NCBI GenBank assembly: GCA_009602725.1
Contig: WELB01000011.1
Coordinates: 794,748-858,747 of the forward strand
Length of the DNA: 64,000 nt
Origin: Spirogloea muscicola
Taxonomy: Eukaryota
Direction: 5' to 3'
Both the position numbers and the translations under genes were made by a program. Positions 40,285 to 51,849 of this stretch are shown here, in pieces; the stretch's first letter is position 1; the number at the start of each line of letters is the position of its first letter. The notes beneath the pieces were generated by a model. It did no database searches. It saw only the letters and a program-made list of their open reading frames with translations, and was not told the DNA's origin.

Positions 40285-40658
40285 ATGGCCGCCGCCGTTG
40301 CCGCCACGCCCGCCGCCGCCATGCGCGCCTGGCAGTACACGCGCTACAAGGGCGGTGCCGCCGCTCTCCGGGTGCGCCCCAAATGCCGCGAGCGTTGGGC
40401 TCTCTTCCCCACCCTCCGCCGCCTGCCCCTCGCAGCGCCCCAGCGCCACCGGGCGCCCGAGGCAGCGGCCTGACGCCGCGCCGCCGCCGCAGCTGGAGGA
40501 GGGCGTGGCGGTGCCGGCGGCGGGCAAAGGCCAGCTGCTGCTCGCGGTGGTGGCGGCGTCTGTGAACCCCTTGGACTGGAAGGTCCAGTCCGGCATGTTC
40601 TGGCCCCTCCTGCCCGCCAAGCTCCCCCACGTCCCCGGTGCGCCCGCCTGGCCTCACA

Positions 40659-40690
<32 letters not shown>

Positions 40691-42078
40691 TCACGGTCGC
40701 CGCAATTGCAGGCCCCTCCTTGACGTCCGTGGCGCAGTCTCGCAGGCGGCGACATTGCTGGCAAGGTCGTGGCTGTCGGCCCTGGCGTCCCAGAATTCGC
40801 AGTCGGCGATCACGTCGTCGCGTGGCTCAGCCCTCTGGTGAGCCAGCCGGCGCCGGCGCTGCTCGTCGCAAGCACGCCGCTTCCGAAGATGAGCGGCGGC
40901 CTGCACGCTGCCCCAGTCGTTCAAGTCCTCAACGGAAGGGGCGCATGCGGCCCCGTTGTTGCGCAGTATGGAGGCTCGCTAGCTGAGTACGCGGCTGTGG
41001 ACGCCAAGGTGGCGGTCAAGCTGCCGGAGGCGGTGCCTGCGACAGATGCCTGCTGCTTCCCCGTGGCTGCATTGACGGCCGTCCAGTCGCTCCAGGACAA
41101 GGGCGGCATCGCCGACTTTGGCGGCGGTTACAAGGGCAACGTGCTCGTGGAGGCCGCATCTGGCGGCGTCGGTCACTACGCTGTTCAGGTCAGGCCACTG
41201 CCTCAGATAGGCTACCCATCGGCACGTCGGCCTTGGTCATGGCAGCTGATGCTCTCTACTTTGTTCATGGCAGCTGACGCTCTCCATCTTGCAGCAAAGT
41301 CAAGCTGCAAAGTCGGGCCCTCAAAGACTGCAGTTGCCACTGCACTGACACCGAAGTCTATGGACGCGCCTGCTGTGTGCCCCAGCTGGCAAAGCTGGCG
41401 GGCGCCCACGTGACGTCCACAGTGGGTGCTCGGAACTTCGACTACTCACGTACGTCAAGGGCTTGGGCGCTGACGAAGTGATCGATTACAAGAGCGAGGA
41501 AGGGCGTGCGCTCAAGAGCCCCAGCGGCAAGCTGTACGACATTGTGGTCGACAGCACTGGCCACGGGGAGCCCTGGAGCAAAGTCCGCCGTGTCCTCGCG
41601 CCTGGGGTGCAAGACCCCTCGCCTCTTGGCAGCCGCTGGCAGCGGCCTGCATGCAGCTTGTCATTTGTTAACGTCTTGCCTGCTTGCTTTGCAGTGTGTT
41701 GTTGCGATTGTCGCACAGAACTACGCCCTGCACAGTCAACTACGCCCTGCACAGTCATTGCCTCTCAGCCGAAATCCAGTGTATGGCAACCTGATGCCTG
41801 GCATGCACATGTCATGGCAGGGTCGGCATGTGGTGCTTGTCCCCTCAGGTTGGGTGTTCCTGAATCTGGTGGGACAGACGCTTGCCTTTGCGGGAAAGAG
41901 GCAGCTGCCTTGCATCGTATCAGTAAACAAGAAGGACCTGGGACTCGTTGTGGAGCTGGCAGCAGCTGGCAAGCTAAGGACCACCATAGACGCCAGCTTG
42001 CCGTTTGACAAGGCCCCCGAGGCCTGGGCGAAGAGCATCGACGGCCACGTCACAGGCAAAGTCATTGTCACAATGTGA
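40285..42078 (+). pseudogene. ceQORH-like (chloroplast envelope quinone oxidoreductase homologue, MDR family) copy 1, frameshifted by an 8-nt insertion
   Basis: Six exons with motifs SVNPLDWKVQSG, AASGGVGHYAVQLAKLAGA, GADEVIDYK, LKSPSGKLYD and AWAKSIDGHVTGKVIV*. Extra TCACGTAC at 41446-41453 breaks D-Y-V-K-G-L-G and gives a premature TGA at 41479-41481. Confidence 0.85.
41720..41757 (+). repeat. Perfect 19-bp tandem duplication (intronic)
   Basis: ACTACGCCCTGCACAGTCA x2. Confidence 0.95.
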
Positions 42079-42700
42079 TGGTCTACTTCTCCCTAGAGAC
42101 TGACAAGAACACCCAATTGGAACTCCTGACAAGAGGATCATGGTGTGGCAATTACTTAGTCTGTAACAACCTAGATCATTACTGTAAGTAAAGAAGGCAA
42201 GGTATCCTTCTGCAGGACATGTAAATATAGGACTACAAGGCAGATAAGTATACCTGATTCATAACAGTGCACATTGAAGCCCTGGATGCCAAGAAGACAG
42301 AACATAGGTGCAAAAAAGGTGCAGCCGAATCTCCTACTCATTGCAGCAGCTCACAGCGATTGGTGCATGCTGATGTTTCTCTTGCATGTGCAACACATAC
42401 ATTGATTTTGAGGATTTGTAAAATGCGTGAGCAATGGTTTTTTAGTTGCTTGAGGGCCATCGTCTGCCTCACCATAACGTCCATGACGTAAGGGCTCTGG
42501 GAGCCCTTGGTCTCCTTGCTTCTTCCTCGCACACGAGCGGCACAAGCAACCAGAAACCATTATTCTGACTGCTAGCATAGCTAATGTACTTCCTACTTGG
42601 ACTCTGAAGACCAGCTACTCTTAACAAAGACTACTGTGCAGCCGCCTATGTGCAATTTCCGCAAATACGACGACTCCACGGAAGCTGCCATATTGTGATG

Positions 42701-45697
42701 TCAGCAAATGGTGACAATAACCTTGCCAGCAGGATGGCCGGCCCTGAGACACGTCCACGACATGGGGGCCGTCTCAAATGCGTGGCTAAAGTCGAGCATT
42801 GTCCGCAGTCGACCTGACTTGGCCCAATCCAGCAGTTACGACAGGTCCTCATGGTTGGTTTGCAGACAAAGAATACCTTCCTCTTCTGTGCGAGGTGCAG
42901 CGCCTGCTTGACTTCTTGCAGGACGATCGACTTGCTTGATGAAAGGCATATGAAGCGGCCCTGCCAGGGTGCACAAGCCATGTACCCTCTTTGGTGATCA
43001 GCTGAAGAGCATTGAATCGACAGAACTGGTCACACAGATCATTGCATGGCATGTTCTGCTCCGCATGTAACTCGTCAGTCATGGCCACAGAGTCAGATGA
43101 TGGACACTATCTGTTAGCAGTGGAGTGTACGGTCGTAGAAGATATACAATAATCCTAATCAGAATGAGGTCATGCAGGTCAACATGACCTTGATGCATTG
43201 CCCTCACCTTGTCGTTCAGGAGAAAGCGGACCTTGCTGAACGAGATGCCAGATGTGGAGCAGTCCAAGACAATATCATAAAGGCCCTCACGTGTTTGGGA
43301 AAATTCTAGCGACTCTGTGTTCTGGTATGCAATGACGTCATCTGCCCCAAGCTGTCTAACAAACCCTGCATTAGCAGAGCTGGTGACTGCTGTAACCTGC
43401 GCACCACCTATTTTCGCAATCTGCATATGAGGCCAATTTGAGAAGACATGCATATTAGGTATCACTTGCCGGTGGACCTGCTTGAAGCATGCTGCTCCGG
43501 GTGTAAGGCTTTTGGTCGCATTTCACATCAAGCAATGCTGAGTGCACTTGTGTACAGTACTGTAAAACAAAGATTCCTGGCTTGTTGCACCCAGAAAATG
43601 CACTGACTTTTGCGTCTCACCTGAATTGCATAATGGCCAACACCTCCTGCTGCCCCCAAAATCATTACCCTGCGAGTCTTACAGAAGCTCCCATCGTACC
43701 TGAGACCACCCTTATCTTGGAGTGCCTGGAGGGCTGCGCAACCCGCGCTCACTAAGCAAGACGCATCGTGCATGGCTACTTCAGGAGGTATTCTGGCTGA
43801 GTGCTTCTCGTCAAGCACTGCATACTCCGCAAGTCCTCCTCCCCTCTGCACAGGATTATTACACAGTCAGCAACAAGCGCTGATACAAATACCTGAGAAT
43901 TAGCCATTCCAGAAGTCTGCCGATGTGACACGGCTATAACCCCAGCCAACGGCCAAGCTTGGTGCCAAGGGGCGCACTTCTCTTACACAAGCTATTCATG
44001 CCATGCAAACCTGAAGCGTAGTCCAGCCCATGACAGGATCTGTCACTGCAGAATCGTACACACCAGTCTGTACAAATTCCGTTATCCCTGCCACGTCGGT
44101 GCCTATTAAACACAAGGAATAACCACCTTGTGACGAGCTATTAACTACCAAAGTCAGGTACACATATTTGTTGATTGCACACCTGCTAAAGACTATCAAG
44201 ACTCATTCTCAGATTCAACAGAGCGGAGCTACTCTTGATGATTTAGTAGACCATGTGCATGGGCATCCATTTCTTCTGGGCCCCGTGGTCATCTCTGTTT
44301 CATGCATGACCTCATGCTTTTGATCCCGAGACGCCCACGTTCAGGAGACAATTGGGATGACTATTCATGTTCATGAACAGACAGCTTGGGGCAATTTGGA
44401 TGCATTGCAAGTTACATGGGATGTAAGGTAACTTGGGCGGCAGGAAAGGCCTCATCTGGCCCTCTTGCAGTTTCCAGTCGATGGCATTGAGGCCGACTGC
44501 CCTGGTCTTCACCAGGAGCTGCCCGCGCTTGGCTTTTGGTAGTGGAAAGTGGTCAAACTGTCTTGATCGTTCTTGGCCAAGATGGAGATAACGCATGGTC
44601 AGTTGGGGCATGCTAAGATTACATCCCAGGAACAACAACCACTTACAGAAAGTGACCAACAAGCGGTTGGATTCCAAAGACCTCGACTGACCGCACATTA
44701 CTGAGGAGCTACAAGCCTGAGTCTTCCAAGCCTTGACAGAACAACATCCCACGGCCTGTATCTGCCTACGTACAGACTGGCTACTGAAGACGTTGTCAGC
44801 CGGTCAAGAGAAACGATGTGGGACAATCTGGCCTCTGGACTATGTCAAATACGACATGCATGTGCATGTCTCTACACAGCTCAGGCACAGAGTCCTACCC
44901 GGAGAATATCGACTGTTGCTTGCTCATATCGACTCTCTAGGGTCACCCACCCAACTCATGTGCTCCACTACCCACCCAACTCATGTGCTCCACTACCAGT
45001 CCTTTATAATAGGCGAGACCTATGTGAACGTCCTCAGATGGAAATTAATATATCAGAGGAAGACAAAAGGAAAGCGGTGTACCTCGAGGGCTTCTGCACC
45101 ACCTTGGTACGTTCTGTACGTCCACGCCTTCATGTGCCGCGGCAGACGCGTAGGGCGGTCGGCCATCTGTTGCTCTGGTGCTATTGCCGCCGTTGTCCTG
45201 TATGCGGTGATTCTGCGAGCGAGCGGCAATGTCACGGATGAGGGAGAGTCCTGGCAAGACCCTCTGCAAGCAGCTGCATGCTGCGCAGCTCGAGAGGCTG
45301 GATACCTGACCCGGGAGGCCGCGATGGCAGATGACAACTGCTGGACGGGGAGCACAAGCGGTGACACCGGTGAGCATGTGGCCTTGCCGCATGGCCAGCC
45401 AGGACCACGAGCACACAACACTGATAGTCTTTGGGGGCTCCGCGGACGTCCGTGATTCCTCCGTGGTTCCTCGCCCGTGGCGACGGCTCCCGACTGGCAG
45501 GTCGAGGAGGCGGCCGGAGGCGCGGCGCCTTCGGCTGCTCGCGCAGGGATGCGGGCGATGGAGGGCTTCCGCGACGGTGGCGGCGGCAACGGCGGNGACG
45601 GCGGCGGCGGCGGCGGCGGCGGCAGCGCGGCGGCGGCGCGGAGGCCTGAGAGGGAGCGAGTCGGGGCGGCGATCTTGGCCATGCCGGGGCCATGCAT
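42701..45697 (-). pseudogene. ceQORH-like copy 2 with N-terminal extension; last exon disrupted
   Basis: Exons encode MKAWTYRTYQGGAEALE, GLNAIDWKLQEG, TDVAG, GGGLAEYAV, GAAGGVGHYAIQIAK and LGADDVI. In the last exon the homologous tail (HEDLS*LLDWAKSGRLRTMLD...GHPAGKVIVTIC*) is out of frame with the exon start (shift near 42852-42862) and contains TAA at 42838-42836. The start is uncertain because an N near 45596 (X in the ORF track) lies in exon 1. Confidence 0.8.
44946..44995 (+). repeat. Perfect 25-bp tandem duplication (intronic)
   Basis: CCCACCCAACTCATGTGCTCCACTA x2. Confidence 0.95.
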
Positions 45698-45904
45698 GCA
45701 GCAGGGCCCGCAAGAGCCCTAGGTGGCGCCACGCTAATAAGGCTGACATGGCTAAATAAACAAGGCTACTGTGGCTTCGTAGTATACTTATTACAACCTT
45801 CTGTATGCAACACGCTGGGCATTTTCAGCGCTCTTTTAATATCGCATTCTTTCTTGGCGGGCCGACTCGCCCAGGCGCCCGGCTACGTCCCAACCGCCGC
45901 TTCG

Positions 45905-46580
45905 TTTTGCAATAGCAATTGCCTGAACAGTGTATGGGCTTGAAATCGCCAACCTTTTGATTCATGCGCCCCGCTGCCCGTGAAAGTCGCCCGCTTTCGC
46001 TTCCGCTCTCCTTCGTACATTTGTCCAATGTGCTTGCCTTTGTACTTGGCCACACATGGCCTCCCCATCTCTTAATATACACGCATTTTCCTTTTTTTCT
46101 TCGGAGCCCACTGCTGGCCGGAGAAACGGGCTCTTCTAAAGTAAACGGCGGCCGAAAGGCCATCCCCGAGCAATGTACAACGTCTGAAAGGGCCGGAAGG
46201 CTCCAAAAATTCGATTGAAGCTCTCTGACTTTTGCGAGTGACCGCTCAATGACCTCTGCCGCTTCGTTCATGTAGCCCCCAGTTTTGCACTACTTCTGCC
46301 TGAACAATGTATCGGCTTGAACTGGCCACCCTTGCATTTCATGCACACTGCGCCCTTTCTAATGCCTTGCACCAGAAAGCTGGGCGAGCTCTAGTTGGTG
46401 GCAGAAGGGCTTCGTTTCTGGCATCTAGTATTCATAAATCAATTAGTGACCTTTATATTTTGACCCGTGGTAACTGAGCGGGTCAACCTGCTGTAGGTTA
46501 TGTAGATCTTTAGATGTGCTTGCCTTTGTACTTGGCCATTTGGCCTACGTTTGTTTCAAATACACGAAGTTCTTCTTCTC
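45905..46580 (+). repeat. Dispersed repeat family B: two diverged tandem copies
   Basis: Identical 25-mer ATGTGCTTGCCTTTGTACTTGGCCA at 46028 and 46514; GCCTGAACA(G/A)TGTAT(G/C)GGCTTGAA at 45921 and 46298. Confidence 0.8.
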
Positions 46581-47993
46581 TCCCTCTAGTCGGCGAGTGC
46601 AGATCGGAATAAGTGGATGGCGGAAAAGCATCGCCCTGTCAGACGGCTGGCAAGTCTGCACTTACGCCTCCTCAGGCCGTTTGTGTCACAGCGTATGGCC
46701 GTCAGTGTAGCGCCAGACGCTGGCCCAGTGTCTGCCCAAAGGGGACAGGACCTGCCACCGGAACAGAAGCTCTGCCGGATGGGAAGCCTATGATGAGGAA
46801 GCGGTGGCTGCGCAAGTCCAGCCCAGAAACGGACAAGTTCCAGGGAACATCCAACAGGATCCAGGGAACATTAAACAGGAAAAGGCAATGCACTCTGGAG
46901 AAACAAGTAGCAATCACCAAAGTTACGATGCCACCCGCAACTGGCACCCTGCGGCATATTAACCAATCCCCACATGAACCCTGGCCGCTGCCAGATGTCA
47001 GCGAGTCCCGTGGGCATTGGTCACAAAGGGCGGCAGCGCTGTGGCGGCAAAGTATCGCAGACGTTCAGCTGCAGCATCGAAAGTTAGTCTCTGCAGCCGG
47101 CGGCACAGCATGCTGATGGCACATGGTGGGCGAGCCCGACCTGTGCTGATTCGCCACCTGCAAGACGCTTTTACAAAATCTCCGTTGTAGCGGCTGGGAC
47201 AGTTACCATGCTATTTGTGCAATACACACCATGTGCTCCTTGCTGCCGGTGTGGCAGGCGCTACGTCGAGGAGGGGACGTACATGTCTACCTGCAATACA
47301 TGTACCAATTAGATAGAGGAGGAGAGGAGGGGATATGCACTGGTCCCTGCAGCACGTATCACTGTCGCCTCTTTCTGGAAGAAGATGCGGATTGGCTCCA
47401 GCATGCGCCTGGTCAGTCGTCTGGCCTTCACAGCCGCCTCCTCGAAAGAGCACTCATACTGATGACGACTCTCCTGGGAGAGGAGACATTCTACTGTGTC
47501 TTTACACCAAGTACTATGACGCACCTTCCAGTTGCAAGTATCCATCAACTCTCCAATTATTATAGCTGCTTGCGTTGATCATTTATGCAAGTTGCTCAAG
47601 CAGTTCCAGATGGGCGGGGTCCACCCTGACAGCTAGCTTGTTTGGCAGTCTTCGACCCCCGCTTCCGCTTGGGTGACTTCGACGGAGTACAGCAGATACA
47701 AGGAGGTTGACCCGACTTAACAATTATCGAGTAATGATTGGTATTTATAAGTGGCTACTGACAAGACACAGCAATGCAACTGCGTCAAGTCTTTAGTAGC
47801 ACAGCACTCTACTCTGCAAGTAGCATATGCTATTGAGACCAACTGTTTGTAGGAGGTAGGTAGGAGTTGGCCCACATGCTAACTGTACCTTGCCAATGTG
47901 AGGTGGACAGTTCACAGCTGCTGTCTTGCAGTTAAAAGTTGTAACTGGCTGGATGACGCCCAACCTAGCTGAGATCTTTTGAAATTAGAAGCC

Positions 47994-50890
47994 TCAAAGA
48001 GAAGGTTTCACTTGGCAGCTTTTCTTATAGTCAGCATCAGAGAATGTTGAGCAGTTTGCCAAGGAATTAAAATGCTCCCAAGTGCACAACTCATTGCTTA
48101 TTTTTGCATGCCAAGGACCCTGATCCAACCAGCTTGCACCTTCCGGCGGTGTGCATCTTGGCAAATCAACCTCCTCGCCATTGTACAGCATGCGTACGAA
48201 GTGTGCCTGGTTGTCCGGTGCTGACCAAAGCTCCAAACACATGTAGGATGAGTACGGTGGCCATGTTGGACAAGGTATTCCCAGGCTCGCTGTCACACAG
48301 ACGAAACGTCCGCTCTTGAGCAAGCTGTGTTAGTCGTTTTAATTGCTGTGGACCTGTGGCACAGGTTGCGTAAGATACTGATGACCCAGCAAGACTGCAG
48401 GAAAGGATAACACAAGCACCAAAAGTGTAATGAGCCGAAGCAGTAGATGGGTTGATTCTTGCAGATGAAAGCAAATGGAAATAGCTGAATTAGTAAGGCA
48501 TTCATGCTGTCCATGTGTATATGAGTTTGAAAGTTAAACACCTGCAAGTGGCATCAGCGTTGCATCATGGCCAGAATATAATATGTATCGGAGGTCTGAT
48601 AGTCCCTTCACACAGCTTGCCATGGTTTGACATAGTTCATCAACAAGTCTGCCCATTGCAAGCTGGCAAACTTCTTGACTCTGCAGTTGGGCCCCAACAG
48701 GCAAATAAGTAATGATCACAACTGCAAGCAAGATGTTACGAGGTATGCAGAGGATCGTAAGGGTAGAACTCAACAAGCTTCAGACTCCTGGCTGCAAGCA
48801 TTATAGTATGGATTTGGCTAGATCTTGAAGTCAAGGCAGGCTGTGTATACTGCAAGTATGGAGGTGACTACCTTCCTGTGACGCAGCTTGAATAAGGCAC
48901 TCACTGAAAAGGTTGTGGCATGGTCTACTGAAAGCAGGTGACGGAGCTCATCGATGTCTTTCTTTGTCACACCAGTTGGAAGTGCATCTCCATGTTGTTG
49001 ACGGCAGTCAAGGTTGTCAACTGCCTGCAGGACATTACCCAGCACCATTAAGTGGTCCGGCACTCTGCTGATGAATAACCCAAATTCAAGACTGCCATTA
49101 TACTGAGTGTGTCAGCTTGAATCTTCTCCATAGTCAGTGGTCAGGTGATTCTAGGTCAATGATAAATACTACTTCATGCAAATGCCCAACTGCTTTGCTT
49201 CAAGGACAGCCTACCGTGACCCAAGGGAAGCGACCATCATCATCGAGGTGATAGAAGTTTTGCACTGCTTCTGCAAACAGCTGCACACACTGGTGGTGAG
49301 CCGGTCTGGTTGATAACGTCAACCAGTGAAGGATAGGCCCTGTAAACCACACTCAACGCACTCAAACTCTTCCTTACATTGCACAACCCTTTCGTGATCT
49401 TGATACGGGCAGGCACAAAGGTCCTGACTGACTGAGAAAGATGTGTGCTCGATAAGAGGCCTACCCGATAATCAGCTCGCCAACCGACAAAATGCCGGCT
49501 CCCATCAGCTGCTTGAATTGGGCTAGTCATTGCCTTCCATGCTTTGCCCCACAGCAGGGAACCTCTGACGCAAACAAGCCACCCGTCCTTAGAGGCACAG
49601 CATCTGAGGAGGACTCTCAAGTTTTGATGCAATGGAGGCAGAAGAAAGCGTCAGTCTGTGTCCCCCTCAGTCCTGAGCATTCTGGGGAGCCCTTACCTCT
49701 TGCAATTGTCATTGTTGTACAAGTTCTCATCTTCATCGTTCCATATGACAATGGGGACCTTGGCTGCTGCCTCCTTGGAGCCAAGCAAGCCAGCGAGCAC
49801 AAAGAAGCCTGCCCACAGCTGTTCAACGGTTACGTGGAAGTGAAGTAGTGACGTTCTCTTGCCTTATCAAGCTGACCAGGTTAGACAGGACGACATGCTT
49901 CAGAATACACCTACGATGTCTGCACTTACCACTAAGGTGAGTGCGAGGGAAGTCAGTTGATCGGATACTGGTCCGCATGAGGGAATTGTCTCCAGGAGGA
50001 CCTAGCAGCTCTGCATAGCGCTCCCGCAGAGATATCCCCAACTGTTGAGCTTCTTGAGCTCCTGATTCACAAAACTGGCTCAAGTGGCTCAAGCTCGATG
50101 AGAGCGCGTACACCATCACAATGAGGCTCAGTGTTTACAACAGAACTAACCGTCAGACAAGGGAGAAGAGTTGGAAGGAGGTGTCAGTAGCAAGCCCTGA
50201 CACTAAGATCCAATAAGTAACTGTCTATACATCGAGGAGGTCACCTTTGATAGTGAGTTGGCCATAAGGATACTCATTGTCACGCTTGTAGATCCTGTCC
50301 TCAAGCTCCACAGGACGTCGCTGCAGGCGTCTCTCCCAGACCTCGCCATCGCTCTGGCCGGTCAGAGGAACAGGCGATCTGTCCCCGTGCCGGAAGAGCA
50401 CATGCACCTGTCTCATGGCAAGGCCTGACAGTCAGCTACTAATTTGTCTAGCTTGATCCTAATCGTCATGCTTACAACGTGAGTATATCGACTCAACGCG
50501 CTACTGATGAACAATCTCGTCAGCCGCGGGCATCTCCTGCCACTGACAAGCCGCTTCCAAGTTCCTGCATGGATGGCATGAAGGGCCGCGAATGTCGCTC
50601 ATTGCCACTGGAGTTGGATCGAGCTGCAGAATCCGGCCGTCCCGTCGTGCTTGCAAGGACTGGCCTGCGACAGGCAGCTGCGGATGAGCTGATGTGCTCG
50701 CCTGCAGGAGCTTAAGGGGCAGCTCAGAAGGCGGCCTGCGCGGCGCAGCGGCCCGCGAGATCGGCTCTGCTGCGGCGGCTGTTGCACCGCCGGGGTCGCC
50801 GCCGGCGGCCGCGGCGGTGGAGGCCGCCGCGACGATCCCGCCCAGCGCTCCGAGCGCGGGCGGCAGCCGGGCGCGCCATGGCCACGCCAT
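47994..50890 (-). CDS. Histidine acid phosphatase (branch 2), ACP6/lysophosphatidic acid phosphatase-like, 9 exons
   Basis: ATG at 50890. Signature motifs LKLLQ|VHVLFRHGDRSP (RHGxRxP), GQLT, RSTDFPRT, YSGHDATL and WPPYSS. Exons join in frame; TGA at 47996-47994. Confidence 0.88.
50408..50701 (-). other. GC-AG first intron of the acid phosphatase gene
   Basis: LKLLQ|gcgagc...gagacag|VHVLFRHG is needed to build the RHG strand. Confidence 0.8.
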
Positions 50891-51849
50891 GAAGCTCCGA
50901 GCGGCGCGGCAGGGGCGATCGATGTCACGGCGAGATGCCAGTGCCGGACCTCGCCGACGTGGCAGACCACGTCGGCAGGCCGTCTTACAAGGACGCCACG
51001 TGGGTGAGCACGTCGGCAATCGGCTTCGTGCGGGCCGCCCTCGTGGCTAACTGCAAGATGACTGGCCACGTAAGTGGGGCGAAGGCGCAGTGAGCAAGTT
51101 CTGAAAGCGAGGCCAAGCCGAGCCGATAATCTGGTCATTTGAACGGCAAGTTGATTGCAGACATTGTGTCTTCGGCAGAGCCACTCCATCTCCGCCCGGA
51201 CGCCCCGTTAGGACAGGAAGTTCAGTGCAATGCGGCCACCCCCGCTGGCACCGTCCCGCCAGTCCCTAACGTACATTCCTTTGGGCTGGCCTTTCCCAGC
51301 CACCAGTCAATCTGGCCGAGCTTCTTCTAACGTACGGTACCACTGCTTGTCGTTCGGCACTTCTCGAGCTAGCAGTCGTTTATCGACCTGCCGCCTCCTT
51401 GGTGGGGCTCATTCCACTCAGCGGCTACTTCCCCTTCGTTATCAGCGTCTCAACCCGCCGCTTCCCTCGTCATTGCCATATGCCGGAGGGGCAGCAGCGG
51501 ACGCCGCCCGACTGCGGCGACGGCGGCGCCCGCGGCTCCTCCATCGTCAGCTCGGACGTGCCCGCGGCTCGATCCGCCTCACACTGGGGCGTTGCGCCGT
51601 CTCAGCCGGGCCTTCAAGGCATCCTGTGCTTGGAACGGCCGCCGTGGCTTAGCATCCTTTCCTCGTTCCGGCCAGTGTGGGCCTTGACGCAGCACCTGGC
51701 CGGACCAAGAAGTGGCAATCCTTTTGTGACGAGCCATCGAGGTCTCAAGGGCCCGCGCGGCTGGGCTAAGGCAAGCGGCACTTAGTGGGAGGCCCTAATG
51801 AATTGAGACCGGGGCACCTCTTGCAGTATTGAGGGAGCGCTCTGCGACC

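Noticed and set aside
39991..46580. CRISPR-like repeat-spacer array
   Set aside because: Only two diverged copies per locus, no regular unique spacers, no cas genes, eukaryotic context.
51399..51785. 128-aa ORF upstream of VHA-d
   Set aside because: No recognisable homology; expected by chance in a GC-rich promoter region.
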